This document shows positions 39,086 to 52,676 of a stretch of 64,000 bases of DNA, piece by piece (positions within the stretch are counted from its first letter, which is position 1; every line of letters starts with the position of its first letter). Location of the stretch: contig CM075982.1 of NCBI GenBank assembly GCA_038087875.1, forward strand, positions 19,902,001 to 19,966,000, in the 5' to 3' direction. Under the pieces are notes generated by a model that worked only from the letters and a program-made list of their open reading frames with translations, made no database searches and was not told the DNA's origin. This DNA comes from Malacoraja senta. Lineage: Eukaryota. Position numbers and translations under genes: made by a program.

Positions 39086-41975
39086 AAACTGATGCGCTCT
39101 CTCATTCCTATTTGTTAACTTCTCACTTCTACTCCCTTCTGTTCGATTCTAAGCTTGTGCCTTCAGGGGTCCTGAAATCAATTATGCAATGAAGTTATTT
39201 AGAGAAATCTCTTTATTTTCAATCAAACTGCCGCCCGCAGTGGTAATTATCTCTAACCCAGCTAGCATGACACTCAATCCTCATTCACTCTCTGCCAGTA
39301 ATGGGCCAAAGGATGACTCAGCTGCAATCAAATAACTGTTCATTGGCTGGGTCGCTCTGCGTGCTACACTTATACCTCGCCAGAACATTGGGCAAGCCAC
39401 ACGAATCCTTCATCTAGGAAGAATGACACACTGCTCACAATTTCTTGGCATCTACCAATTGGAACTGATCGGTCACTTCCTGCGAACCTGTTGCTGGTCG
39501 GAGTCTCAGGCTGTGATGTGTTGGCATGACCCCTTCTTCCCTCCCCCCCCCCCCCCCCCACCCCCTCCTTCCCACCGGGTAATCTAGCTTCATTGCACAC
39601 CTTCTCACTGACCCCCACATGGAATCTGCTGGGTGCTAATCTCTTCCCCAGAATACCATTGATGGCCAGATCTGATTACTAGTAGATAGACACAAAGTGC
39701 TGGAGTAAGTCAGCAGGGTCAGGCCGCATCTCTGGAGAAAAGGAATAGGTGATGTTTCGGGTCGAGATTCAGATTGAGGGTCAGGGAGAGGGAAACATGA
39801 GGTATGAAAAGGCACAGAATAAATCACAGCCGGAACCGACAGCCAAAGAGCCCACAATGTTGTGGTTCTTCTCTCCTGTTTGAAGACATTGGCATAGATA
39901 ATCCCAAAACAGCGGGATTGTAACCAACAAGAAATACTGAACAGTTCAAGGATGTTCCCACCAGATAAAAGACCAGGGGTGATTTGATCTAGGATAGTAG
40001 TTACGAAGGAAGGGATTTGAAAATTTTAAGAGAGCTCGGGGAAGTGGCGCTGTAAATAAATCCACTGGGGAAATCAGGAGACACCACCGACTGATGGAAT
40101 ATGAAACTCTTTGTCCAAAATGAAGTGAGATGAATAGCACCTTCCATCAAGTGAAAGCAGTCAAAGTAAAGAAAGCAATGGAAAGTCAATGAGAGACACT
40201 AGGCGGAGTTGTGTGAAATGAGTACATGTTGACACACTGGTTTCCCTCGCCTAGGAGTTGTCCCCTTCAAGCTGCTGACTGGTTCTGGGTGAGTCACTAG
40301 AAGATTGTGAAAGCTGTCCAAGTGACTTTCATGATGGATCCTAGGTCGTTGACATTGGTTGGCTGTTTGACCATGAGGGCAACTTGCTTGTACCCTTTCC
40401 TCCTCCCACGTGGAGTTGCTGAATAGTTCCTGGTCAGAAACGCTGCTCTGCTGATTTAAATCCCTCAAAGTCAAAGGCACCAATAAAGCAAGTACATAGA
40501 TACATAGATACATAGAAAATAGGTGCAGGAGTAGGCCATTCGGCCCTTCGATATGATCATGGCTGAACATCCAACTCAGTAGCATCAGCAGCTCTAGCTC
40601 TTGGCTGGCAATTGGTAACCATGCGTTTACTGATGGGTCAGAGGGGGACTTACCAAATACAGCAGCATTTACAGCATTGCCTGTCAATGCAGATTGAAAG
40701 CTGCACTAGTCTGCATGGGAGCTGCAGGTATGCAAAGAACACATTTTCCTGCAGGAAGGTTTGCTGTTGACTTCAGGACACTTTTTTCTTTGACCAGTGT
40801 GATTAGTTCAGGTGTCGGGGGTTATGGGGAGAAGGGGGTTAAGAGGGAAAGATAGATCAGCCATGATTGTATGGTGGAGTAGACTTGATGGGCTGAATGG
40901 CCCAACTCTGCTCCTATAACTTATGAACTTGGGAACCGTGGAGCATGAGGTCCTGGTGAAGTGACCATCTATCCCTTCAAGTAACAAATTATCACCTGAT
41001 GGCAGGCGATGATCACCCCATTTCTATCTTGCCATCCCACTTCAGCCCTGCTCCACACCTCTCATTGTCCCACCCAGTGCATCGGCAATATGAGTCAATA
41101 ATTCCAGTATATGTTGAGGGCATAGTTGCAGAGATCAAACAGAATACACTCCCCAGCCGGTGAATATATTTAGTGAGTTGCCCCACCTAGGTTAGCTGTG
41201 TGTACACTCTCCTTTGTAACTCTATCACTGCATCAATCATTGTATGTCAAGCTTCCCCATGAATACATAAGTGCTCTCTGATTCAACTGTTCCACGTGGC
41301 GGCACCTTCCATATCCCCACCACACCTTTGGCAAAGAATTGATTTGATTGTTTAGTGACCCTCCTGTATTTATGTTCTTATCCTGCAGGGTAGTGCACGG
41401 GGACCACACCACCATTGTTAGCAAGCAACTAACACCTCCATTACTAAGCCTGATTCATGGTTAATCCTTTTGTTCCTCCACCTGACTGATATTTAAGTGC
41501 AACCCTTCTCCCATCTTGTCACTGAATTAATTTTGTCCTCCTCTTCCCCACCCCATCTCATTTCCCACCCTTCCCTTCTCTGCTGTGATGGATCAAACAC
41601 TGTGGCTAATACGTGGCAGCTTTTTCCGCACCCAAGGAGAAAGGAGGATCAGTCTGCCCTTTAGTTGTAACCATCCTAAATTGGAGCATTTCCAGCACTT
41701 TACTTTGGATTTTCTGTGGCATCTTGATAGTTCTCCAGCCTATTGGGTCTGCCCCAGGCCAGAAATTGGGAGTCTTCATGAGTTTGGAGGTGATTAGAAG
41801 TTCTGGCAGAGGGGTGTGATGGACAGAATGACATCTTGTCTGTAGATGGTGTGTGGGGTGGGGTGCAAAAACAGCTGTGGATTCAAAATAACCCAGTTTG
41901 AGTATTTGTTAAAATGGTTGGAGATGTTTGATGGGTTGAGTGGTCATGTGCTGGCATCATTGGAGGTCAAGTGGG

Positions 41976-42275
41976 TTTAGTTTAGAGATACAGTGCGGAA
42001 ACTGGCCCTTAGGCCCACCGAGTGTGTGTCGAGGAGCGATCCCCGTACACCAACACTATCCTACACATGAGGGACAATTTACAATTTTTATCGAAGCCAA
42101 TTAACCTACAAACCTGAAGGTCTTTGGAGTGCGGGAGGAAACCGGAACACCATGGGAAAGCCCACGGGGTCATGGGGAGAGCATTCAAACTCTATACAGA
42201 CTGCACCTGTAGTCGGGATCCAAACCAGGTCTCTGGCGCTGTAAGGCAGCAACTCTACCACTGCGCCACCGTGCT
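41976..42275 (-). mobile_element. HE1/V-SINE
   Basis: Full-length reverse copy. Confidence 0.88.
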
Positions 42276-44879
42276 GTTCCATGCCGCGGGCTTCTGTCAC
42301 TTATTCAGCAAATGGAAGAATGAAGGAAGGAAGGGATCTTTCACTTGTGGGCTGCCCATGTTGGAGAACGCCGCCAGCACTTTTGTTAGTTCTGGTGCTA
42401 CACGTCGTGAGGTTGCCTTGGCCTTGGCGGAGCTGCAGTGAAGGACTGCAGGGTGTTGGGCAGGTTGTGAGGCCTGGGGCAGCAATTTCAGGGCACTTGG
42501 TGCGTTGTTACTGGCCCCTTGCTGTGCGGAGTAAGAGGCCGAATAATATCACTTTCTGCAGCGCTTCCTTATCCTTTCAGCCAAGGCTAATGGGATGAAC
42601 CACTCTTAATCATGAGGATTGTGCGTGAAATGTGCTTGGCACTTTCTAAAGGGCAGAACAATCACCTGAGGAGTCTCTATTGCTGCAGTGGCACATTGTA
42701 CATTAGAATGGACTCTCGGTTTCTTTCCAGAAAATACAATACAGTCAGTGTTGCAGACAAAGACATTATCATACTGATGAGATTAAGCTCAAACCTTGTC
42801 CACTGTCCTAGGGCACTTTTAAAAGAGCTGGGGTAATGTTTCGCAGAGTCACACAGCACCTTCAGCCAACCATGTCCACGCTGACCAACAACCACCCATT
42901 TTGCAATCATCCGGTTCATTTTATTCTCTCCACGAACCTTTCGAATCCTCCAGATTCTACCATTCGCCTTCACACTCCGAGCAATTTACAGCAGCCACTC
43001 AAGCCACCAACCCATGTGTCTGTAGGGTGTGGGTGGAAACTGGAGTACCCAGGGGAAACGCACAGGATCACCGGGAGAACGTGCAAACTCCCCACTGACA
43101 GCACCGGAGTTCAGGATTGAACCTGGGTCGTTGCACCGTGAGGCAGTGGCTCCACCAGTTATGCCAAGCTGGACAAGATGTGTACCTCAACATAATATTG
43201 TGGAAACAGTTTATCCAGTGACTGGCGCATAACTGTTTGTGAGACCCTGCCAGGCTTGTCCACACACTACACTTCAAAAGTACCGTATGGCTGGAAAACT
43301 GCAAGGTCTGAAACATACAAGCCCAATTAAACCTGACCACCAGCTCTTTGGTTGGGGAGGGTTTAGATGCCAGCTATGATCTGAGACCGGGCCTCCGAAT
43401 GGAATTACATGTGGTTGCTCATTTGTTCAGCTAGCCTTGCTGTAACACTATCAGGTAAATCGTGACACCAGATTCTGCAGATGCTGGAAGCACGAGAAAA
43501 AAACTGTGTTAGAGGACCTCAGCAGATCAGGCAGCATCTCTGGATGTCCAATGTTTCAGGCCTGGACCCTTCACCGGTTAAGCTGGTGACGGTGCCTGGC
43601 AGACCTGATGGAGGTCACAACGTTGCCTTCTTGCGCCGTGATATAGATCATTTTAACGGGTAAACACATGTCCAAAAAAAGGGGTTAAGCTGTTTAGCGT
43701 TGTAAAATTCAAGAGCCCAGAGGCGGCACTTCCGCACAGTAAATGCTATTGTTATCTTTCACTTCTGTTAATTACTTGGTGCAGCTGTAGTCTCTAGATA
43801 GGGAGGTGCGATAGCAGATCATTGGGCATTGCCTGCACTGCTCGCATTCTGCCTTCGCAGGCTTCACTCGAGTTATTTCTGAGAGCGAGATCCACCATCT
43901 GTTAAATCTTGTTTTTACGCTGCCTCCACCCTCTCCTCATTCCCCTTCCTCCCCTCACCCCCTCCCCCAATCCACCCCCGAGAAGGACTGATTGGTGATT
44001 GCCGTCTGATATTGGGCGCATCTGTGTACAAATAGGCAGCTCTGCCGTGTGCATGCTCTCCCCTTGGTGTTTCTTTATCAGGTCACTGTTACTGTCACTA
44101 CTCCATTCACGTCCGGTCGACAAACCTGCAAGAAACCCCTCGCAGTAACGCTGCCTCTTTGACAGGCACCTCTTGCACTGGAAAATATTTTGGCTAAGCC
44201 AGAGCCCAAGCAGTTGCACATTCATTTCCTGCCTGTTCCCCACACAGGAGGAGTGATATCGATATAAGGGATAGGAGTAGAATTAGGCCATTCGGTCCAT
44301 CAAGTCTACTCCGCCATTCAATCATGGCTGATCTATCTCTTCCTCCTAACCCCATCCTGCATTCTCCCCATAACCACTGACACAATACTATCACTGCCTT
44401 TAAAATATCCACTGACGGCCTCCACAGCTTTCTGTGGCAAAGAATTCCGCAGATTCACCACCCTTTGACTAAATAAATTTCTCCTTGTCTCCTTCCTAAA
44501 AGAGCGTCCTTTAATTCAAGTCCTAGACTCTTCCACTAGTGGAAACATCCTCTCCACATCCATTCTGTTGGCATTGACTACTAGGTGCATCGACTTGTCA
44601 CAATAGCTTTTTTCCCCCTTGTCCAAGGGCACTGAGAGCAATTACACACCGACATTGTAGAGTGGCAGCGCAATCTGAGACCTACCCTGGAGGTTGCCTT
44701 CTCTCCTATAATTAGTAATGTCCCGCTCATTGTTGCTCCTGCCACCAATGTGAAATGCACTCTTGCACCGGGAATGCTGACACTGTCCCTGTAGTGGATG
44801 AAACAGGCTTACTGATGCGTGCTAGAGTTCTCCCATGCCTTCATTTAATAAGTGTTCCTATCCAATTAGCTCGACGTCA

Positions 44880-45770
44880 GTCAGGTGGAGAATGTTAGAA
44901 GCTCTAATGAAAGGTGCAGCAGGACAAAGTCAGCATTGTTTTGTGAAAGGGAAATCCTATATGCACTGTTGGAGTTATTTGAAGAAGTAACATACAGTGG
45001 ACAAAGGGGAAATGTGTGGACGTGCTAAGGATTCCAGATAGAATTTGGTATAGTGCTGCATCTAAGCCACTAGGAAATAGGAAGGGCTCGTAGTGCATGG
45101 AATAACAATTGGAAGACTGACTGGCAACCAGAAAATATTACAGAAGATATTATTGCCGAATTTGCTGATGACAAAGACAGGTAGACGATCAGTTGTGAAA
45201 AGAGCATGAGGTTGCAAAAGGATGTTAGTGGGGTTAGATGAGTGGTCAAAGATCTGGTAAATGGAGTGCAGCGTGGGGAAAATGTGGAATTGTCCATTTT
45301 GACAGACAAACCTTTAAAAAATTCATGTGAATGTTGAGGGATCTGGGTGTCCAAGTGTATGATTCGCAGATGGCCAATCTAAGGGTACAGGATGTAATTG
45401 CGAAAGCTCAGAGTTCATAGTTTATCGGGGAACTGCATAAAGAGGGTATGGTCATGCTTCAGTTGTAGAGGCCATTAGTGAGACTGGATTGGGAATGCTG
45501 TGTACAGCGTTGATCTCCTCATTTAAGATGGTTGCTGAAGGGTGGAAAAAAGTTCAGAGAATGTTTGCCAGGCCAAAAATATATGTTAAGGGCATGTTGT
45601 CCTATGAAGGAAGGTTGGACAGGCTAGGTTTGAAGAGTGAGAAAGGACTTTTGACTAAGATTTCTGCATGATAATGGGAATGTGGAATTGAGGTTACAGT
45701 CAGATCAGCTGTGATATTATTAAAGGGTAGAACAGGCTGGGGGCTGAATGGCCTACTCGTTCGTATGCAC
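44880..45770 (+). mobile_element. Old degenerate CR1 ORF2 fragment
   Basis: SQH.FVKGKS-like and KFADD-like remnants plus a CR1 3' UTR. Confidence 0.65.
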
Positions 45771-45830
45771 AATGTGTCCATTGCAGCTGCATTTGACAGT
45801 ACTTTAACCATTAAACCGTAAAACCGTTAA

Positions 45831-46140
45831 AGGGCGGCATGTTGGCACAGTGGTGGAGTTGCTGCCTTATGGCGCCAGAGACCCGGGTTCGATCCTGACT
45901 ACGACTGCTGTCTGTATGGAGTTTGTACGTTCTTCCCGTGACCAGCGTGGGGTTTTTCCGGGATCTGTTTTCACCCACACTCCAAAGACATACTGTTTTT
46001 TAGGATAATTGGCTTGGTATCATTGTAAATTGTCCCTGGTGTGTGTAGGATCGTGTAAGTGTGCAGGGATCGCTGGTTGGTGAGGAATCGGTGGACCGAA
46101 GGGCCTGTTTCCATGCTGTATCTCTAAACAAAACTAAACA
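45831..46140 (+). mobile_element. HE1/V-SINE, full length
   Basis: Head with intact B box GGTTCGATCC, V-domain and tail. Confidence 0.9.
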
Positions 46141-46898
46141 TAAGGATCTGGATTCTGTGTCCTCCTTCAGAAGGCTGTCCCCCTAGTGAACCTGACTGGA
46201 TTTTGCAGTTTACGGTTTGATGTAATATGGATGCTTTGTTTAAGTCTGTTAGAATGTGCAGCTTCACAGGAGGAATTTGCTAATCCTTGTAGTATCCATC
46301 TGGAGTTTCAAAGTCATTTGTTAAATTGATCATCAATTTAACAAATGTTCATTATCTTGTTTGAAATTCAGTCCCCAAGTACTTTCTCAGGGTAGAATTC
46401 TTTGCAAAGCATTTTGGCCATTGGGAAGCGGCGGCCTTGCCAATTCTACCTTGGTGAATACCATTGTCCAATATATTTTCTCTTGGTGAATGTTAAAGAA
46501 CGTCCCTTCCAACGTTGTTCCTGGAGATGAGGACATTTCTGGTTATTGTTCAAAACTGTTGTTCCTTGAGAAGGGGGTAGTGAACTGCCTTGAACCACTG
46601 TAGTGGGGAAACTCATTTGAGGAACCGTTTGGAGAAGATCATCCACTGGTTAGGTTTAATGTTCCAGGTTCATGGTTTGTAGACAAGTGAAGGTGATGTG
46701 AAACCAGGAGGGAACCTTGAAGGTAATCGTGTTCATGGGGCAGAAGTGGATTTGACTGTGGTTTTTGTGCTTGAGGTGACTGCTTAATCTCTTCTTCATT
46801 ACACAGTGCATTTGTCATTTCATGATGCCACCATTTTGGCTGGGGAGGTGTTAGTAGATGATGGCTATCACTTTTTGCAATCTCTGTCATTGGGTGAC

Positions 46899-47081
46899 CC
46901 CAGCACTGAGGGGGTTCAGGCCCAGCACTGAGGGGGTTCAGGCCCAGCACTGAGGGGGTTCAGGCCCAGCACTGAGGGGGTTCAGGCCCAGCACTGAGGG
47001 GGTTCAGGCGCAGCACTGAGGGGGTTCAGGCCCAGCACTGAGGGGGTTCAGGCCCAGCACTGAGGGGGTTCAGGCCCAGCA
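46899..47081. repeat. Minisatellite, 22-bp unit CCCAGCACTGAGGGGGTTCAGG, ~8.3 copies
   Basis: Read directly; only one variant base (copy starting 47009). Confidence 0.97.
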
Positions 47082-48019
47082 ATGGTGGGAAATGGAGACA
47101 CAAGTCAGCAAATGTTGAAAAAATCCACGACTGGAAGAACTCCAGTGGGTCAGTCAGCATCTGCAGAGGGGAACGGACCATTGCATTTTGGGTCATGACC
47201 CCTCCTCTGGACTGAATGGCTGGGGTATGAAAGTTTTAACATTAGGAGAGGGCAGAGGGAGGGGAAGAAGAGGGGGGATTGTCACTCTTGTTTCATGTTC
47301 TCCCTCCCCACACAAAGTCCCACAAAGTAGCCTGGTCTATTTACATAGATATACCTGCTTGGTAGGAGACTGCTGAGCTGTATGTTAGCCCAATCTCTAT
47401 TGTATATTTGCATTAAAATGAAATTCAAGTACAAGTTTTTTTAAATATAATGGGTGAGGTTGAGATTGGTTTGAGAACCTGTATCTAAGTGGGACTGGTA
47501 ATGTTTTGTGGTGTGTTGCACTGTAATAACATTTCTACTGTTGTTTGGCCTGTCAGCCATTGGCTTTGTCCCTCTGTGTCCACTGTGTCTGAGGCCAGTG
47601 TCCACTGTGTGTGAGGCCAGTTTAACTTAGTAACTCTTGTCAGTTAAGACACTGCAGTAAGAAGTCTGCTTGCATGCAGAGTGAGTCTGAAGTTTCTCAG
47701 CTGAAATCCTTCACTGGCTTAGGAGATGTCTCAAGCTGTTGAAATAAAACGTGTTGAACGTTTAAGTTCAAGTTCTGCTCGTGGTAGGATTTGTTAAACA
47801 AACTGAGCAGCAAATTGATGAAAAGCAAGGTGGATCTTGGTATGTTTGCCTTTGATCAAAAGTGCATGCGTTTCTTCCTAGTTGTGTCATTTGTTTGACT
47901 GTTCGCTGGGAGTAGTTGCAGGAGGAGGGAGGTGGGGTGCAATGTGAAGGGAGAGGAATGGGTAGTGTGTGCAGCCCTGCACAGAGGGGGAGCTGGTTTT
48001 CAGAGAGTGAAATACCAGC

Positions 48020-48280
48020 CTTTGGTTGCCGTGACGATGTGGATATTTTTCGGTTGCGTGACTTTGCCTTTATGCAAATTAAGGCGCGAAATGAAGCAAC
48101 ATGCAAATATGCAGCTTTTGTGGCATCTGTGGAAACTGAGGCGGAGGCATTTGTGCGGCTCACTGCCGGCTGGGGTAAACCCACCGCGGACCGAGCCGAA
48201 CCGTCGACTCCTGCGGTCAGGGCATCAGACGGGGCAGTAAACATCATTGGGCAAAGTGGCCGATTGCGAGTGATCATTTA
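48020..48280. promoter_or_regulatory. Candidate intronic enhancer (CpG-enriched, two octamer sites)
   Basis: ATGCAAAT at 48072-48079 and 48101-48108 in sequence with no recognised repeat that retains CpGs. Confidence 0.3.
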
Positions 48281-48624
48281 AATTTGGGGCCAAGTTGAGG
48301 AAATCCTGTTTACCCGGAGCCTGCCTGTGGCTGATTGTTTGCCTTGTTTTTATGTTCGGCCTGATTCCCTCAGCCATGTGTGAGCTCAGAGTTTGGCAAC
48401 TCTCCCGAACCTGTTCTGAGCTTTGGGCTGGGAACATTCCTCCTCGGCACACTCTCTCTGTGATTGGTGCGTGCTCCAGACCTTTCTTCCTCTTCCTTGA
48501 CTGTCCATTCACCAGCTCCATGTAGCCTGGAGAACGAATCAACCTTCTACCTCTGACTGTTAAGGGGGGGGGGGGTGGCGGGGGGGGGGGTGGCATTTAG
48601 GTAGGGCTGGGTGAGGGGTGTATT

Positions 48625-49020
48625 CATGTTCATAAGTTATGGGAGCAGAATTGGGCCATTCAGCCCATCAAGTCTACTCTGCCATTCAATCATGACTGAT
48701 CTTTCTTCCCTCACAACCCCATTCTCCTGCCTTCTCCCCATAACCCCTCACACCCGTACTAATCAAGAATCTATCAATCTCCACCTTAAAAATATCCATT
48801 GACTTGGCCTCCGCAGCCTTCTGTGGCAATGAATTCCCCAGATTCACCACCTTCTGACCAAATTCCTCCATCTCATTTCTAAAGGTACATCCTTTTGTTC
48901 TGTTGCTAGGGCCTCTGGTCCTAGACTTCCCCACCAGTAGAAACATCTTCTCCACCTACTCTATCCAAGCCTTTCATTATTTGGTATGAATGAGGACCCC
49001 CCCATCGTCCTTCTAAACTC
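48625..49020 (-). mobile_element. CR1 LINE 3' fragment
   Basis: Minus ORF QKVVNLGNSLPQKAAEAKSMDIFKVEIDRFLIS. Confidence 0.85.
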
Positions 49021-49193
49021 ATTGTGTTGGACAATGGGTTGATTTACAGGTGGTAACACCGAATTCTTAACACGTTGCAGGATGTGGGGATAGCGTGGGC
49101 TAGAGTATAGCTTGACCCTCAGTGTGGGGCAGTCTTGTCCAAGAGAAAACCTGTTGCAACCATATTCGTTTATGCATGTGGAGAGTTCAAAAC

Positions 49194-49585
49194 CAGGTTC
49201 ATGCTCTTTTACCTCATTAACTAGATGCTCAGTGAAGTTTTGTCCATCCAGTTGTTATTTTGCTTTACTCTGCTTTTACATTCCCAAAATTCATATTGTC
49301 AGCGTCAATATTTTCACCCAGCACGCAACAAATAGAAATCAGCTAAAGATACAATAGTACATAAACATTGTAGCCATTGGGTGGGCCCAGCAAGGATTTA
49401 GGCACTTTTATTGCATCCACATGTTCCCATGTCGGATAGAACTAGTGTACCGGTGATTGCTGGTCAGTGTAGATTCGGTGGGCTGAAGGGCCTGTGTCCA
49501 AGCTGTATCTAAAACTAATCTAAAACTGTATCTATACTAAAACGTTAGTGAATTCTGTGGTGAGGAGAGGGGGCTCTCTGATCTG
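49194..49585 (+). repeat. Left arm of 392-bp inverted duplication
   Basis: Reverse complement of 50777-51168; ~14 mismatches and no indels by manual comparison. Confidence 0.95.
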
Positions 49586-50776
49586 GGGGCAGTAAATCTA
49601 TGGCCTGCTGTGCCATTCAACACACTTCCATCTGACCACCTGCCTCCGACACTTCTTTCCCTGACTTATCTCCTTATCCCTCCATTCCCTCACTATACGT
49701 GATCTACCAGTCTCTGTTTTGACCATGATCAATATCTGAGCCTTCAGGCCCTTGCAGTGTAGAGAATTCCTAAGTTTCGCCAGCCTCCGAGAGAAGAAAT
49801 AGCTGCTCAACTCTGTCTCAAATGGCCTACCCATTATTCTGAGACCATGATCCCAGGGTCCAGACTCCCCTGGCAAGGGAAGTGCCATAAGGATTTTGGA
49901 AGTTTCACGAGTCGCCTTTCATTTTTTCAGTCTCTAGTGAGTGGAGTCAGTGTAGTATGGAAACAGGCCAATCAGCCCAACTCTTCCATGCTGATCACTG
50001 GGCATCCATCCATTATTTAACCCATCTTCCAACACTTGGTCTGTAAGCTTTCTATGCCGAGGCAATTCAAGTGCCCGTCCAAACACTGGTTAACTGCTGT
50101 CAGTGATTCTGTGTCTACCACTCTTTCAGGCAATGCATTCCAGCTACTTGCCAATTTCTAGGTGGTCCCCTCAAAATGTCATCTCCCTTGCCCTAAATCT
50201 ATGCCTCTAGTTTTATTCACTCCTAGCGAGGGGAAAATATTCCTGCCAGTCCACACTACCTATAACCCTCTTAATTTTATGTAGCATTTCTTTTCTGATA
50301 GACTCACCATCCTTGGGAGGAGTCGAGTAAATCTTTGCTACATTTCCCCCTTCTGAAAGAATATCCGTTTAGGTCAGGAGACCAAGATCTCACACACCTC
50401 CTGAGCTGTGGTCTCACCAAGGGCCCTGTATAATTGAAGTAAATCGTCTCTACTGTCATAGCTGGATCTTTTTGCAATAAAGGTCAATGTATTCTTTTTC
50501 CTCCTAATTTGACATTCAAAAAATACTCTGCATTTGTTTTCTCAATTGAGATGGTCAAACTAGCAATTTTTTGGTGCTCCATCTGCCATGCCTATTTGAA
50601 GAAAAGTCCCGACCCAAAACATCACCTATCCACATTCTCCAGAGATGCTGCTTGACCTGCTGAGTTGTATGGCAAAACCAATGGGTTTCAGGAAGGCCCA
50701 AGTGTGTCTTTCACCGAGATGAAGATCGTCCTGAAGCACTTGATGTTCGCTTCAGTATGTACCTGGGATCAACCTG

Positions 50777-51168
50777 CAGATCAGAGAGCCCCCTCTCCTC
50801 ACCACATAATTCACTAACGTTTTAGTATAGATACAGTTTTAGATTAGGTTTAGAGACAACTTGGACACAGGTCCTTCAGCCCACATAGTCTACACTGACC
50901 AGCAATCACCGGTACACTAGTTCTATCCGACATGGGAACATGTGGATGCAATAAAAGTGCCTATATCCTTGCTGGGCCCACCCAATGGCTACAATGTTTA
51001 TGTACTATTGTATCTTTAGCTGATTTCTATTTGTTGCGTGCTGGGTGAAAATATTGACACTGACGATATGGATTTGGGGAATGTAAAAGCAGAGTAAAGC
51101 AAAATAACAACTGGATGGACAAAACTTCACTGAGCATCTAGTTAATGAGGTAAAAGGGCATGAACCTG
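50777..51168 (-). repeat. Right arm of 392-bp inverted duplication
   Basis: Reverse complement of 49194-49585. Confidence 0.95.
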
Positions 51169-52444
51169 TGGTTATCTTGACCTCACTGATAAAGGTAAGG
51201 AATGTTGTTGAGCAAGATCTGCTCTTGCTCAGACTGGTTACTTCACAAGCCTTTCATGGAATTAATGGTGGATGAAGGCCAACAAGGACCCACGCACAGT
51301 AAAAATAATAACATTGTTGGTGTTAAAAGAGGAATATTGGCTCAAATGCTGGTGAATGCACATGCACATCTCCAGACAGTGCCAAGTCAGGCAAAGCCTG
51401 GGGTTCATAGCTGTACATTCAGTTTCTGCCATGCAGTGGCAAAAGAAAATCAAAAATTTCACATGGTGGGGAAATGTGAAATCCAAACCGAAAATGTTGG
51501 CGACGCTCAATGGGTATTCACAAGGAGACTGGAATTGGGCAGGATCCTGCAGGCAATGGTGTTCCCAAATACCTACTGTGCTCATTTTTGGAAGTCATGG
51601 CTCTGTGTGTGAGGTGCAGTCAGGAGCCTGGCGAGCACCTACAGTGCACGTTAAGGGTAACACGTACCACAGCCACGGTGCACTGACGGTGGAGGGAATG
51701 TAATGAAATGGGCAGGTGGTTCTGGATGGTGCCCACCAGGAGTGCTGTTGCAGGGTGGATGGTTAAGCTATCTCATTTACCTTGATCATTGGTGAGCAAG
51801 ATGAGAAAAAAAACTGCTTGATGCTGTGAGTGGTTCTCACCTAGAATGTATTGTGGAGTCTTTAGGATTAGTGTATCATAGCCTGCAGGAAAATAAATGT
51901 TGCACATCTTGTTGGTAAAGGGCAGGGTGGAGGCTGCAGCTGCATTGTTCTTGCAGGTAGTCAGCGCAGAACCTGAAAAGCCAAATGACCTGCTATTTGT
52001 TGAGCTGTTACTGTTCAGTGACTCATTCTGTGGAATTTAAACTGCAGCAGCAGAGGTGTCAGCTCATCACCACCACCTCAAGCGCAATTAATCAATGGTA
52101 AATGGTTCAATCTACTTCATTGTCACTTGTACCTAGGTATAGTGAATATTTTAAAATATGCAGTTCAGTACCAATCTTACTATACATTAGGCACAATCGT
52201 ACTCGAGTACAAGAGTATAAGATAGTAGATGACATGCAAACAGTACACGAGTTCCTGTGTTTCTAGCGACGTCTTGTACCCTTCAAGTTCAGATTTGTCA
52301 AAAATGTTGGCATCTTAACTTGGCCATAAAGACCCAGTGTCCCGGCAGCTGCACTGGGTTGTAGTTGCAGGGATTGTCCAGGCCCGGCGATGTGTTGATC
52401 TGCTTTGCCATCCCTTGCCTCCGTTGGCCACCGCTCAGCCTCCA

Positions 52445-52676
52445 AACTTTTTCACCCAGAGAGTTGTGAATCCGTGGAATTCTCTTCCACTGAAGGCAGT
52501 GGATGTTTTCAAGAGAGAGTTCGATTTAGCTCTTGGGACTAAAGGAATTAGTGGATATGGGGGAAAAAGTAGTAACGGGGTACTGATTTTAGATGATCAG
52601 CTATGATCATATTGAATGGCGGTGCTGGTTCGATGGGCCAAGTGGCCTACTACTGCACCTATTTTCTATGTTTCTA
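52445..52676 (+). mobile_element. CR1 LINE 3' end
   Basis: NFFTQRVVNPWNSLP...VFKREFDLALG followed by the TTTCTATG tail. Confidence 0.85.

Noticed and set aside
46899-47081. CRISPR-like appearance of the tandem arrays (also 33812-33926)
   Set aside because: No unique spacers, no cas genes, and a vertebrate intron context; these are plain minisatellites.
49194-51168. Long-TIR (foldback/Mutator-like) transposon interpretation
   Set aside because: No TSD or transposase; the arms include a truncated SINE and the spacer is old CR1/Penelope debris.
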